Assembly (NCBI GenBank): GCA_973895155.1
Contig: OZ316898.1
Span: 6,869,079-6,933,078 of the forward strand
DNA from: Marsupella aquatica
Taxonomy: Eukaryota; Plantae; Marchantiophyta
Length of the DNA stretch: 64,000 nt
Reading direction: 5' to 3'
Below are positions 25,101-37,348 of this stretch, in pieces. A program made the position numbers and the translations under genes. The notes under the pieces were generated by a model, which saw nothing but the letters and a program-made list of their open reading frames with translations, searched no databases and was not told the origin of the DNA. The number at the start of each line of letters is the position of its first letter. Positions within the stretch are counted from its first letter, which is position 1.

Positions 25101-27539
25101 ACAGATGTACGCAGGCTACTGATTCATTTGCTAGAAACGAGAATTGTGTCGCATACGGTCGAGGAAAAATGGTCCCTACCAGTAGACGAAATTATCGAAC
25201 ATAACGTCGGATGTGACAAACCATAATTTTGAGTAGTTTCCATCGGTATCAAATGTGACCACTTTACAACAAAACATTCAGACCTGGAATCAAAGATATA
25301 GTAAACCGATAATTGCCCCTGCGGTGTAGCCTGTGGCGGCTGTCTTTAGGTTTGGCAAAATGGAACTAGTGTGAAACGCGATGCCAAGCACCAGATCTAT
25401 AATTTGGTAGTGGCTACATATGTAAATGTAGATCGAGAATGCAACCTAGGGGTGGACACGCTATTTTACATCGGTCCTTTAAGGACTCGAACGAGTACCA
25501 AATTTTGTTACAAATTGTGAGTACAAGTTGTTACAGCAATTCTATCGACTTTTATGATTTGGCCAGGTGTTTAACTCGCACTAGAGAGTCAAACTCGAAA
25601 GCTATTTCATTATCAGCTTGGAAGTTCCTAAATGCGTTTAGTAGGGAAAATGAGGGATTCCGTGTATTTCACCGTGTAATCTATCAATACAACCTTCATC
25701 GTTGTTTTTGTCCTGAACGGTATGCTTTACTGAGAAATAAATGAAACTAGCGCAAAAGGTTCATCTTGGGTATCCGAAAGAAGAGCTAGGACCGAAAAGG
25801 TACCCCAGTGATAAAATTCACTGCCAGATCTTGTGCTGTCCTGCTAGATTACAGGGCGTTACAGCTCGCATTCTGTTAGGAGGAAGAGCAGAAGCTACAT
25901 CTGCAACAAAAAAGACAGATGTATAATTAATAATTCGTACTCCTTTTTAAGTATCTCGCAAACACACAAAAGTCGCCCGAAAATTGAAATGTTCCGACCC
26001 TGATGGTAAAATGACGGGGAAAAGACAATCAGAGTATGGAAACATCCAGATTCGGGGCTCAGTCAGGCAAGCTAAAAAGTAGAATCAGAAGCGCATTGCT
26101 AATCTCGAAAAGCCTTGGAATCCACATTGTAGCATATCAGTCGTCTGAACACCAGCAAAGCATGTCAGTCGTCCATTACATCGGGAAAAGTCGCATTACT
26201 GGGAGTTTAAAAACTTACAAACATTAGACGCGACGAATGTATTACAGGATGTTGCTAAACAAAGAACTTTTACTGACTCTGGATACTCATAAAGACTGTA
26301 GATACGTCTTCCCCTCCACGAAGAAGGCACAGGAATGGGCAACGGGCTAATTCGAGAAGGAAATTAAAACGTTTTAGAATAACAGCACCCACTAATAGAA
26401 GAATGAACCACCCCTTGAGTATCTCGTGATAACATGACCGCGATTGCCGTCTCAAAAAGAACAAAAGACAGCAGAGCAACTTTTTCGAAATGGATAATAT
26501 ACACAACGAAAACTCGACAGCCACGAGAAATTGAGGACTACCGTGCCTCAATTCTAAATTAAGGTACTTTTACGAAAAGATCACATGCCCAATCACAAAT
26601 CAAAATTGAACTTCCACGGTGCATATATAGCCCAGCAATGGAAGTACAGTACCATACTCCTGAATCAACAGACTTGATTGATTAAAAGACAAGCACGTCA
26701 CAAAGATACCCTGAGCTTCCCCAGTCCCCACTTCGACGAAAAGCATGAAAAGCGAACGAAAGAAGCTTAAAAGATAGCATCGGCCCCATCAGGGACAGTA
26801 TAGAAGGCTACTTAATAAAGACGATCCTCCCTAAAAAACTGAAGCTCCTCATCGAATGACTTCATGCCGAGGCAAGCATCCTCTCATTGTAGGCGCAGAA
26901 AATTCCTTTCCGTGCGTAAAAGTTGCAGAACATCATCCTGTTGGCGTGGACGTCCCATCCCAAGTGAAGAAACCTTCCCTGCACCTCACCAGATTGCTGC
27001 TAATCTGGGACCTTGCCATTAAATGCATCAGGATTACTTCCCTGTGGGTGCGCGGGTTCATGGGGACACCATTGACTCTAGATCCCCAATCCCCCTATTC
27101 CCCAAAATTGGAGATAGTAGCTTACGACTACTGCAATGTCTTTTTGAAATCCATGCATCTCTATCCTATTCGTTGCTTCAGGACGATTGATTGCAGACCT
27201 CATTGACCTTCTTCAATGTCTCTTCTTTTCGCCCCTATCATTCTAGCAACTTGCTCTTAGACAGAATTTCACACGTGGGATGTTGGAGTGTCGAGAGTAC
27301 TGCTCATAGACCTCTGCAGGGTTCTTACAAGAATGAACTTTATGAAGCTCTCCCTGTCAAAGAACTCTGCTGCAACAGACAGGATATAAAATATTTATGA
27401 TATAGTCACATGATGGTGTTGAAGCGAAACTGTCAAAGAGATCTGTTGTAGTCGGAACTTGGTAAGTGATTCTGAATTGCAAATAGTTATTTGCTTCTTT
27501 ATTTTGGCATGAGATCATTTATGCCCAACTCACCTCTCC

Positions 27540-27728
27540 TTCATAGGTTACATTTGGGTAGGCTCTTGGTTTGGGACCCCTTGGCTTGTATTTTCTTGGG
27601 ACCCTTTTCCCTATTTTCCTCCCCTTCTTTGGGTTGCTTTGGTTTTGGTATCTTGTCTCTTGCTTTGGTTTTGGTATCTTGTCTCCTGGTTTGGCATTTT
27701 TGCACTTTGGCACTGTGATATATACTCG
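27540..27728 (+). mobile_element. T-rich 3' tail of a retroposon, probably CRE-like
   Basis: T-rich segment with an internal duplication (tgctttggttttggtatcttgtctc x2) ending TTTGGCACTGTGATATA, as at ~7600. Same character as the 3' UTR at 44700-44938. Confidence 0.35.
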
Positions 27729-27851
27729 AATGTGACAACCCTCAAAAAAGAGTACCTTAGCACTCACAAAATATTCCACAAAAAGTACATCTGGGTTGAC
27801 AACCATCCATAGTCTACTTTGTTTTCATTGACGTCAATGGTCAGGATCTCA

Positions 27852-27980
27852 GCCCATAGAGGCATGACTTTGTGGTAGTTCACTTGACTTGTGGTAGCTC
27901 ACTTAAATAGAGACCCGTACAGACCCATAGATCTTAGGTTCAACCATTATGTGTGGTTTCACAGATTTTCCCTTTAAAAA
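27852..27980 (+). mobile_element. tRNA-derived SINE, copy 2
   Basis: gcccatagaggcatgactttgtggtag...tagctcacttaaatagag...ttaggttcaac...ttcacagattttccctttaaaaa is homologous to 15166-15297. Confidence 0.7.
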
Positions 27981-30900
27981 GAATTTCAATTTATTTTTTA
28001 AAGGTCAGGATTTCAAGGGCCAGAAAGTTTCCAGCCCTTGTCCTTGGGATTCCCAAAATATTGTAGTCAGGCCAGCCCTAGCACAAGAGAGGGTTTGGAC
28101 ATGTAATTCGCACTTACTCAGAAACTCGCATCTACAAATTCAGGGCCACAATCTTCAGGATGCGAGTTCTTCCCACCAAAAAGATCTCTCAGTCTGTTTT
28201 TTTTAGGTATTTTCTATTTATCTAGAAAAAATATTGTGTATATCGAGAACCAATTTCAATACATAACACCATTTTGGGGGCGTTATGTCTTGTGTAGAGC
28301 TTTTCAGGTTGTCATCTCTGAAATTTCATTTACTCTCCATTTCCCAAATTGTGGCATGACTTCTAGCCCACTGTTTTGGGAACCTCCCATTTTTGTGCTA
28401 GGTGCCAAAAGCTTTTTTATTTTATTATTCAAACCTAATTACCTCTCGTGAAGGGAAGCTTTAATTGATGAATCTTTAACATGAGCCATGAGACCGCAAG
28501 ATGAATAGTGCCCCTTCAGATTTTACATTAAAGGGATGCGTAGAACATTAAAGAAATGCATAAATGACAATCTGAAAATGAGATGCCTATCAAAACAATA
28601 CGTGAAAAATGTGATGGACCCTTGCAAACCCACATGGATAGTGTGTGGAACATTACTTTACTAGAAAGCGTCTTTCGTGTAAAAGGTGACATCCCAAGGT
28701 CAAACTTTGTGGTTCATCTATATATGAACTTTTTGGGATTATAGATTGCCGTGACAGCCTATAGAAAACATCAAAATGCAATTTAAGAATTAAAAACTTG
28801 CGTCAAATGCAAAGTATTCATTTCGGATTTGTACAATCAGGTATTAGGTTCAACCCCCTCTCTCAAGATCCCTTTACAAATTTTACGGCACCTTGCTTCT
28901 TTTATTCCACCTGACATTAAATCTGGACCATATTATGAGCGGTAACGTCTAGAGTTGGCTTTACAAGAACTCGAGGGTCCTTTCCCATATGGTGCCTGCC
29001 AATCCTACAGTACACGCCAAGCCATGGGCTCACATAAATGCTTATTTCGTCTATAACTTTAGAGCACCTCCATTTCTCTTTCTCACCCGGGGTCGGGAGG
29101 GCTGGTGGGTGTGTAGATTGGCCAAATGGCCATATACATCTCATACAAGTAAATACATGCCATGCCGTGTGATCAGCACAAAGCAATCTATTATTTCATC
29201 TTTTACTAAAGAATGAGTGAGACAATTCAATAAACAAGACACAGGACGAGAATCAAGACTATTGCAATCACAGTTTCTTGAAAGAATTGAATGAGAAACA
29301 ATAGTTAAGTCAATCAATCGCTAACCGCAAGGATGAATGAGAATTAGCTCACTCCGACTGAGAACTTCCAGGCATATTGCCTTGAGGACTAAATTGAACA
29401 GACAACTTGTGAGCACTGGAGTCTAGTTGGAGATGATGTGTTTTGAATATAACAAGCTGGTCATAATGCACCTCCATCATAGTTGGGTGATCATCAAATT
29501 GGTGTTCCTACTACAAATATTCATTCACGTCGAATGACAGTATCGAGGCTCATTAATGAGCCTCACACGCTCCTCGCCCATGGTCATCCCCGTCCGCTGC
29601 CCGAGAAAATGTATTATTGCAAAATTTTTTCGAAATGTCAAAGGATTCATCGATACTGCCAATTGCTCTAAATAAATATTCATTTCAGAATTACTCCACA
29701 ACATGCGAACTGGCTTTAACAAAAGTTATGGTCCCAAAGAAGTGGAAGGAAGATGTGGATATCAAAGAGCACCTAGCTGATATCTTAGACTTGCAGAGTG
29801 TGAGAGAAGAAGAAGCCTACGGGCCATTAGTTGACTATTAATAGAATAATTGGTGCGGTGAAGTGTATAAGGATGTTGAACGACCTGTAATTGCAAGGCA
29901 AAGTCAGAGTTTAACAGGGACCAAGGGCCATTGCTCTACTCTCCATGCTCACCAGGTTCAACATGATTTTGCTTTAGATCAGGCTGCGGTCTTAGGGGGG
30001 CTCGGGATACAAGAAGTCTACACCTCCACTAAGTACATAATATTTCACTATGTATCTTTATGTTAAGTTTTCTGCATATTGTGGGCTTCATTATTTGGCT
30101 GCATCCCTACAATGTATTTATGCTATGTCTGATGCTAGAAATCGCAACTTACATTTTGAGATTCATAACTACAACCATATTAAACTCCAGGATTTTACAT
30201 ATAGCAAGCCTAATCTAGTAATATTTCTTCAAGTAGCCCTGCTACAAATAAAACCAATAATGAAAGTTAAGCACTCAAAACTCAAGGTAATGAACATTTT
30301 CAGAAATTTTAAAACTTTTGTGGGTGAGTGATTGAAATCCCATGCATAACCTTGCTGAGCTGCTCACAAGTAGAACATTTGACAATTCTATGCATGTAAC
30401 TTGCAAGCAGCCCTAAAATGTGAACTTCCCAAGATAATGCAATGTACAAGGCTCTGCATTTTATTTGTTTCTGCTGGTCCCACAGTTAAGGCACCAAGTT
30501 TAAATTGAAACCATAGTAGAGGAAATTCTGAACACCGGATTGAAGAGTCAGATTATTACAATTCCTATTCTTTTTCACTTGGAATACGCTGCACATCAAA
30601 ACTGTTTTTCTTCTTTGTTGTCTTGAACTGAATGCTTTGCGAGATGAAGTAAACTTTACTACACGAAATGAAAGGGCGTATAATTTATTCTCTAATATTT
30701 ATCCTGAAGTAGACTCTTACACCCTTAATCAGCTAACACGTTGTCAAAGACAACCTGCTTAATTTTTGCATAGAGTCTAAGAAAAAATATTGATGGCCAG
30801 TCCCCAAATCCAGAAAGAATGAGAGGGGCCATTTTCAGATTTCGTTTTGAATTTGAATTGTATCAGCATCTTATGTGATCTTTGTTTTCGATCTCCATTT

Positions 30901-33339
30901 ATCCAAAGTTGCATAGTCCAACATTATAAACCCATCCCATTCAGAGAAACCGTAGCTCCAGGCTAGACTAATCAGGACTTCTTTTGTGATATTCCGAATA
31001 TAATGCAGTCCATCCGGGGTGCAAGGATCCATGGGAGCACTTTGGAAAACCTAGAGGTCTATCCAGGTTTGTTCTTGTTGTAAGAGAATGTTTTTCATGG
31101 TGAAGAGGATATACGTTACTGAGGATAAGGTACAGGATAAAGAGGGTTAAAGTTTTCTGCAGTCGAGGACCGCAGATATTTCCCAAATCCATCATGACCT
31201 GCCGGTCCATCGAAGTCAATGGGACCGTAGGTCCACGTGCGTCCTAAATAATAGATCCCTTAATCACATGAATAAAAAGCGAGACGGTAAGGATGAAATA
31301 TTCCAAACAGCTTTTTGTAGCAGAGCAGACACTTTTTCATTGGCCTAAAATGCGTACCATCGGAAAAGCATACCGGCGACCTGGACGGTGCATTACCGTC
31401 CGGGACAAGAGACTCCGTGCATCACTACACGGGAGTACTTTAGTGCCATCCCCGTTTGCGAAATTTACTCTCGAAAATAACTTCAGGACTGTAGATTTTC
31501 GAAGGACTTCCAACTTATTTTTAGTTGGTTTGAAATTTGAATAGAATTATTTATTCACTCATTCATTGTGTCAAGCAGAATGGTCCCTAGATTGCGGTTC
31601 TCTAGTTACAATAAATTGCCAAAACTCAGCTCAACTTTGGCAAAATCTAGCTACTACGGTGTCTCAAACGTTGGATGGTCTTTGCGGTTACAGGAATCCT
31701 CTTTTGCCTAGCATGGTCTTCCTTTACTCAAGCAATGGCAGGACGGGACTAATGTGGCTGCACAACCCTGGCTGAAGAAATTGTTCTCTAGACATCGTTT
31801 GGAAGACCCTTTGTGTGCAAATCGCAGGTATGCTGGTTCTTGATCAGACCTCTAGCAAAGAATGACTACTATGTGCCACCAACCTCACAAGTGATTTGTA
31901 CTACTGTTTTTTTTCTTATCAATCCTCATATCCGTTCCAACACTATTCACACTAACGGAGATGAGAAATGGTCAATTCCCGCAGCCAAAAGTTAAGGAAC
32001 ACAAAATGGGCATATCATATGAGTTACCGGAGAGTCATCCACCGGAGGGTTAATGAGAGGCATTCAGTCATCAAGACCCAGGTTTGAGTAGGTTTTTTGT
32101 CTTGAAATTAACCAGTCTTACACCTAGTCAAGGACCCCATTAGCAAGGAACCGACCATATTGTTGTAAAGTAGTTATAGGGATCTAAGGGTCAGAAAGTC
32201 GTCTAGAATAATTCGATGAGTGATATTTTTTATATTTTCTCGGGCACAGCAAGCAAGGCGAAAACGAAAACACCTTGAACAGTATCCTGGCTACGGTGTT
32301 TGAAATGTTGCGGGGAGAAAATCTGCTAAAAAGTTGAACCGAGAGAAAATATCTGCGGAAAAGAGTCTGAAAAGAGAGGATTCGGAACTGGAAAGATAAA
32401 GGGAGAAAAACAGAATTACATAACTAGTAATGCGTAAAAATAATCAAATGGGTCACTACATAGTGTAATTATAATTTTTCTTCTCAAACACAACATTGGA
32501 AAAAATTGGAAATAACATAAGGTGAGAAATATTTGAAGCATTCAATAAAGAGTAAAAAAACTCAAAATATTCTACAGAGAAAATTCATTTTGAGATATTG
32601 GAGAAAGTAAAAGGTTTTACTCCAAATGATAGTTAGGGGAATAACAAAAATGGAGCATTTTGAAGGGAGAACAAATTTCACGGGAAAAATACCTTCTCCC
32701 GGAAAAGTCACCCCAAAAAACAATGCACATCCAGAAAAAATAACACACAAAATATACACCACCACCAAGGTTTTATTTTATTTTAGAGAACTAAAAAATG
32801 GTTTTCATTCTCAAGAGAGAAACATGCAATAGTTTTCAAGCGGGAGTTTTTTTTTTTTTTTGGGGGGGGGAAGTGATTCATTGAACAAACTACTGTACAC
32901 ATTGAAAAACCGATTATCCAATTTCTAAATAGGGAATAAATAGGAACTAATTAAAACTCATGCACTTAAATGCTTAACAAAATGCCCAGATGACTATATG
33001 AACTTAACTCATTTTATTAAAAAAATAACTTTTATTCTGGTAAGGATAATGTGGTCTATCGCTATCTATCTGTGTTTCTTGGAACCCCCTTCACATCAAA
33101 CCCTCATGATACTTTGTTCATACTACCCTGGTCCATTGACACTTTAATTCATAACTAATTGATAAATAAGTTAGTTTTGTAAACATTAACCTTAACCATA
33201 TTTTATGACTAACCATCACCATAGAAAAAAAGGCGTAACTAAGGCTTCAACATACTTGCTCCACAACAACAACAGTTCAAGGAAAGGTAGAACCACCAAA
33301 GTCAGGACCAATTTGCGATCACAAGGTCGGTCATGCTGT

Positions 33340-35620
33340 GTCTCTTAAAAAATACACAAAGAAACTATCAGCATTTATTATTTGGCAATTTCTTTCAAAG
33401 GGGTCCAGACTAGAGTAAATACCAACACTGTTTAGAAATACAAATAACTTGAACACATTTGGGTATCGCTCTATGGTGTAAATACACAAAAAAAATATGA
33501 CGATTTGTTTCTCAGCATTTTATTAAGACAATGGTCCACAGCTAGGGTAAATGGGAAGAGCACAACAAAAATGCAAAGGACTTGAATTGACCTGCACCAC
33601 CACACAATTGGCCAAAGAAATGTCAAACTGACAGCAAAGTGGGAACAAATTTGGAATCACCAAGGCCCACTAAATCTAGGGTGTAAAAAGTTATGTTAAT
33701 TTGCTTCTTGACATTTTTTTGAAAGAAAGATCCAAAGCTAAGGTAAATGGGAAGCTCATATTAACCAAATACAAATGACTTTCTCCCCTACACAACTGAC
33801 TTATGAAAAATGAAACCAATAAAGTGAGAGCACATTTCAAATCACAATATCAGGCTTAGCCTTAGGGGTAAATACACAAAGAAATCATGTGAATTTGTTT
33901 CTTGGCATTTTTCTTAGACAAGGCTCCAAAGTTAAGTGGGGTAAATGGAAGGATCATCATTCACCAAAATACAAAGAACGTGAACAAACTTGCTCCCTCA
34001 CATAGCTAACTAAGGAAAAATGAAATCAAGAACTGATTTTGATTCACATTATGAGCATGAGGTGTAAATGCAAAAAAAAAAACCATGAGCATTTGTTTCT
34101 TGGCATTTTTCTATGACAAAGGCCCAAAGTCAAGTAGGGTAAATGGGAGAACCATAACACAAATACCAAGGACTTAAATAAGCGAGCTCCATCCCACAAC
34201 TGCCCAAGAAAATGTGCAACCAGCAAAATAAAAGTGGGTTTGAGATCACCAAACCAGACTCAATCAAAGGTGTAAATAAATGGAGAAATTTACTTGTCAT
34301 GGTCTTCCCATTTAACCCTAACTTTGTATACTTGTCATGGTACATAACTGGCCAAGACCATGACAAGTAAATTTCTCCATTTATTGTATACTTGTCATGG
34401 TATTGTGTATACTTGTCATGGTACATAACTGGCCAAGAAAATGCTGAACCAGCAAAGTGAGAGTGGATTTGGAATGACCCAAGCCAGGCTCAGTCTACTA
34501 AGGGTGTAAATACTCAACAAAATTATGGGGATTTGTATCTTGGGATTTTTCTCAATCAAGGTCTAAAGGTAGGGTAAATGAGAAGATCATATCCAAAATA
34601 CAAAGGATGAGAACAAACTTGATCCACCACACAACTGACCAAGAAAATGTCAAACCAGCAATGTGACAGGCAAATTATGAATGAAAATACCATGCTTAGT
34701 CCAGGGTGTGAACTTGTGACAAAATTATGAGGATTTGACGTTTGGCATTTTGATACAAGGGCCTAAAGGACAATAAACTCTCCTGGAGCAAAATATAGAA
34801 ATGACTTGAATACTCTTGCACCACTACAGAAGTGACTTAAAAAAGGTGAAACCAACAAAATGAGAGCTTGTCCAATGACAACAATCATTGTAAATGGAGG
34901 GTGTACAACATAAACAAGTTATAAGGATCTGGTTTCTTCAGACAAGCTGGGTTGGGTCTAAAGCTAGGGTCACTGCGAGTAAATAACAAAAATACAACTT
35001 AGGACAATAAAGAAAATAGCTCCACCACACAAGTGAGCAAAGAAAGATGGAACCCACAAAGTGAGAGCAAAGTTGGAATCACCAGGTCAAGCTTGGTCCT
35101 GGGCTTAGTCTAGGGTGTAAATACACATTACATTAATGAAGATTTATTTCTTGACATTGTCTAAGTCAAGGGTCCAAAGGTAGGGTAAATGGGACTACCA
35201 TGACAAAAAATACAAAGGTAGATCACAAACTTGCTCCACCACCACCATTAGGAAAGATTTAACCTTCAAAGTGTAAGTGGATTTTGAATCACAATATTAA
35301 TTGGGCTCCGTCTATGCTATAAATACACAACAAAATATTGAGGATTTGTTCTTGGCATTTTTTTGAGACAAGCTAGTTAGGGTCCAAAGTTAGGGTAAAT
35401 AGGAGGACCATTATAACAAAATACAAAGGACTTGAATCAACTTGCCCCACTACAACTGGCCAAGGAGATTTCAAACCAACAATGTGAGAGTGGATTTGGA
35501 ATCAAAATACCAGGCATGCTTAGTCTTGGATGCAAATTTATGAAAAAAAATCAAGGATTTAATTATTGGCATTTTCAGACAAGGGTCCAAAGCTAGGTTA
35601 AATACTAGGATGAGAGCAAA
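33340..35620. repeat. Diverged tandem array of about 11 units of ~195 bp inside the transposon
   Basis: Core caagggtccaaagctagggtaaatggga recurs at ~33400, 33530, 33728, 33920, 34118, 34557, 34756, 34954, 35167, 35379 and 35580, with shared flanks (ggtgtaaatacaca, ttggcatttt, aaagtgagag..tttggaatcac). Confidence 0.9.
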
Positions 35621-35875
35621 ATTATGGGCTCAAAACTTGAACAAGTATCTCTTAAGCCAATAGACTAGAAAATAATTTCTTCGAATATTGCTAAAGCCTC
35701 AAGAAGAAGTGTTTGTGTCACTGGTAAACTATTATATTACCTCACATATTGTGTCAGTCATATAATCTGTAATGTTTGTTGCAAGGATCTTAAGGCCCAT
35801 AATCTACCATCTGACAAATTAGGTAGCCCTAATTCATTTTGTACATAGTCCTCCAAGTCCAATGAAGCGTCCATA

Positions 35876-37300
35876 CTATTTTGACACTATAGAAAGAAGA
35901 AGATGCATTCGCAATTTGTCTTTTGCAGTTGTGACTGTCACTTGGTTTCTTTCATATGCAATATCACGAATGTATTGTAGATTCTGCAAAAGAAATAAAA
36001 CATGAATAAGGGCATATAAACAAAAGTATTTCTTATATCATCATTTCATAATTCACATGAACATTAATAATAATACAAAACAATGCTTACTTCATCATTC
36101 AAATCGTTTATGCGATCTTCAAAGTTTCCACGATCATTGTTGTGATTCCAATAATCAATTCCCATTGGATCGATGATGTCATCTTCTTGTTCGATATCCA
36201 CCTGAGCTTCTTCGGCATAAGGTGGAGGCTGAATAATTCTAGCTTCTCTTTCTCGTGATTGAAATGCAAGTTCTGGAATATGTGATGGTCTCAACATACC
36301 TCCAGTCCGCACAGCTCTCACAGTATATGCATTCCATGTTAAAACCACATCATTTACAGCCTCTTGCAGTAAAGGAAGAATCACAGTAACCATACAATAT
36401 CTATGAAGTGGGATATCAATTTGTAAAAATCCTTCCACACATGATAAGTCATATAAAGTCTTCTTGAAGTGATTAGTTCCTTTTTGTTTCATGTAGTTCC
36501 AAAATGCCTCAATTCTCTGCCAAAACATATGATAGGATACAAATATAAGTACCTGCACAAAATTGATTTCAAATTTACAGAATTTCCAAGCTGCAATTGA
36601 TGACATGAAATATGAAATGAACCACTCTATATGTTTTAATCAGAAACATTACCTGATTATGAACAGAAGACCCCGTGCGAAAACAATTTGTGTTTGGTCT
36701 TGCTCTTTCAAGGTTTCTTCTTACCAAAACATGCTCTGTTGCATAATCAGAACGAATCATCAATGGATGACCAAATCTAAGTATGGTTGTCTTATATCCC
36801 ACATATAGAGTCTGCGCTTTCTTGTTCAATGCCACATGCATCCATGGAACAAAGTGTGTAGCCCCATCAATTGCACCATGAATTCTGAATCCCCATTGCG
36901 TCAATTTATCATATGCTGCATTCAATTTCCAAACAATCTATTAGTATTGAGGATCTATTCTAAAGTTAACTTCAAATTAAAAGTAGGAAAAATTTAGAAG
37001 AGACATAGATGTTCTATTTACAATCCATATGCCACAGATGCATTGGCTCAATTACATCATAAAATCTTCTTATGATGCATCTTCGTGCCCTTCCTTCAAG
37101 TACACCAGGAAGTAATGTGTCCAAAGCAATTCTGACAAGTGCTAGTGAGATTTTATAACCAGCCCTTTTTAAACGTGCTCTAATGAAACGTATTCCCCAA
37201 TCTTCAGCATATCATAAATAACAATGTAAAGTTTTTAAAATATTATTCAATTGTAGTGTTCCAAACTGTTTCAGTGGTTTATATCATTGCTTCAATTTTT
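35876..37300 (-). pseudogene. Spliced IS3/integrase-core (DDE) transposase, 5'-truncated with premature stops
   Basis: Exons ~37300-37022, 36915-36653, 36516-36091 and 35983-35876 are joined by GT-AG introns in phase. They give WGIRFIRARLKRAG...IIRRFYDV..PMHLWHMDSYDKLTQWGFRIHGAIDGAT...IRSDYATE...GSSVHNQRIEAFW...WNAY, with catalytic D (WHMD), D (RSD) and E (RIE). In-frame TGA at 37214-37212. Confidence 0.9.
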
Positions 37301-37348
37301 TTAATGTTATTGATTTTAACTAGGTTTTTACTTGTCATATTCCATCAG

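Noticed and set aside
28900-30330. Possible transposase remnant
   Set aside because: Short ORFs without recognisable catalytic motifs or termini.
33340-35620. CRISPR-like repeat-spacer array
   Set aside because: Units are homologous over their full ~195 bp with no unique spacers, there are no cas genes, and the context is eukaryotic.
35876-37300. LTR retrotransposon integrase
   Set aside because: The gene has spliceosomal introns, there is no RT, RNase H or LTR, and it lies within TIRs with a 6-bp TSD.
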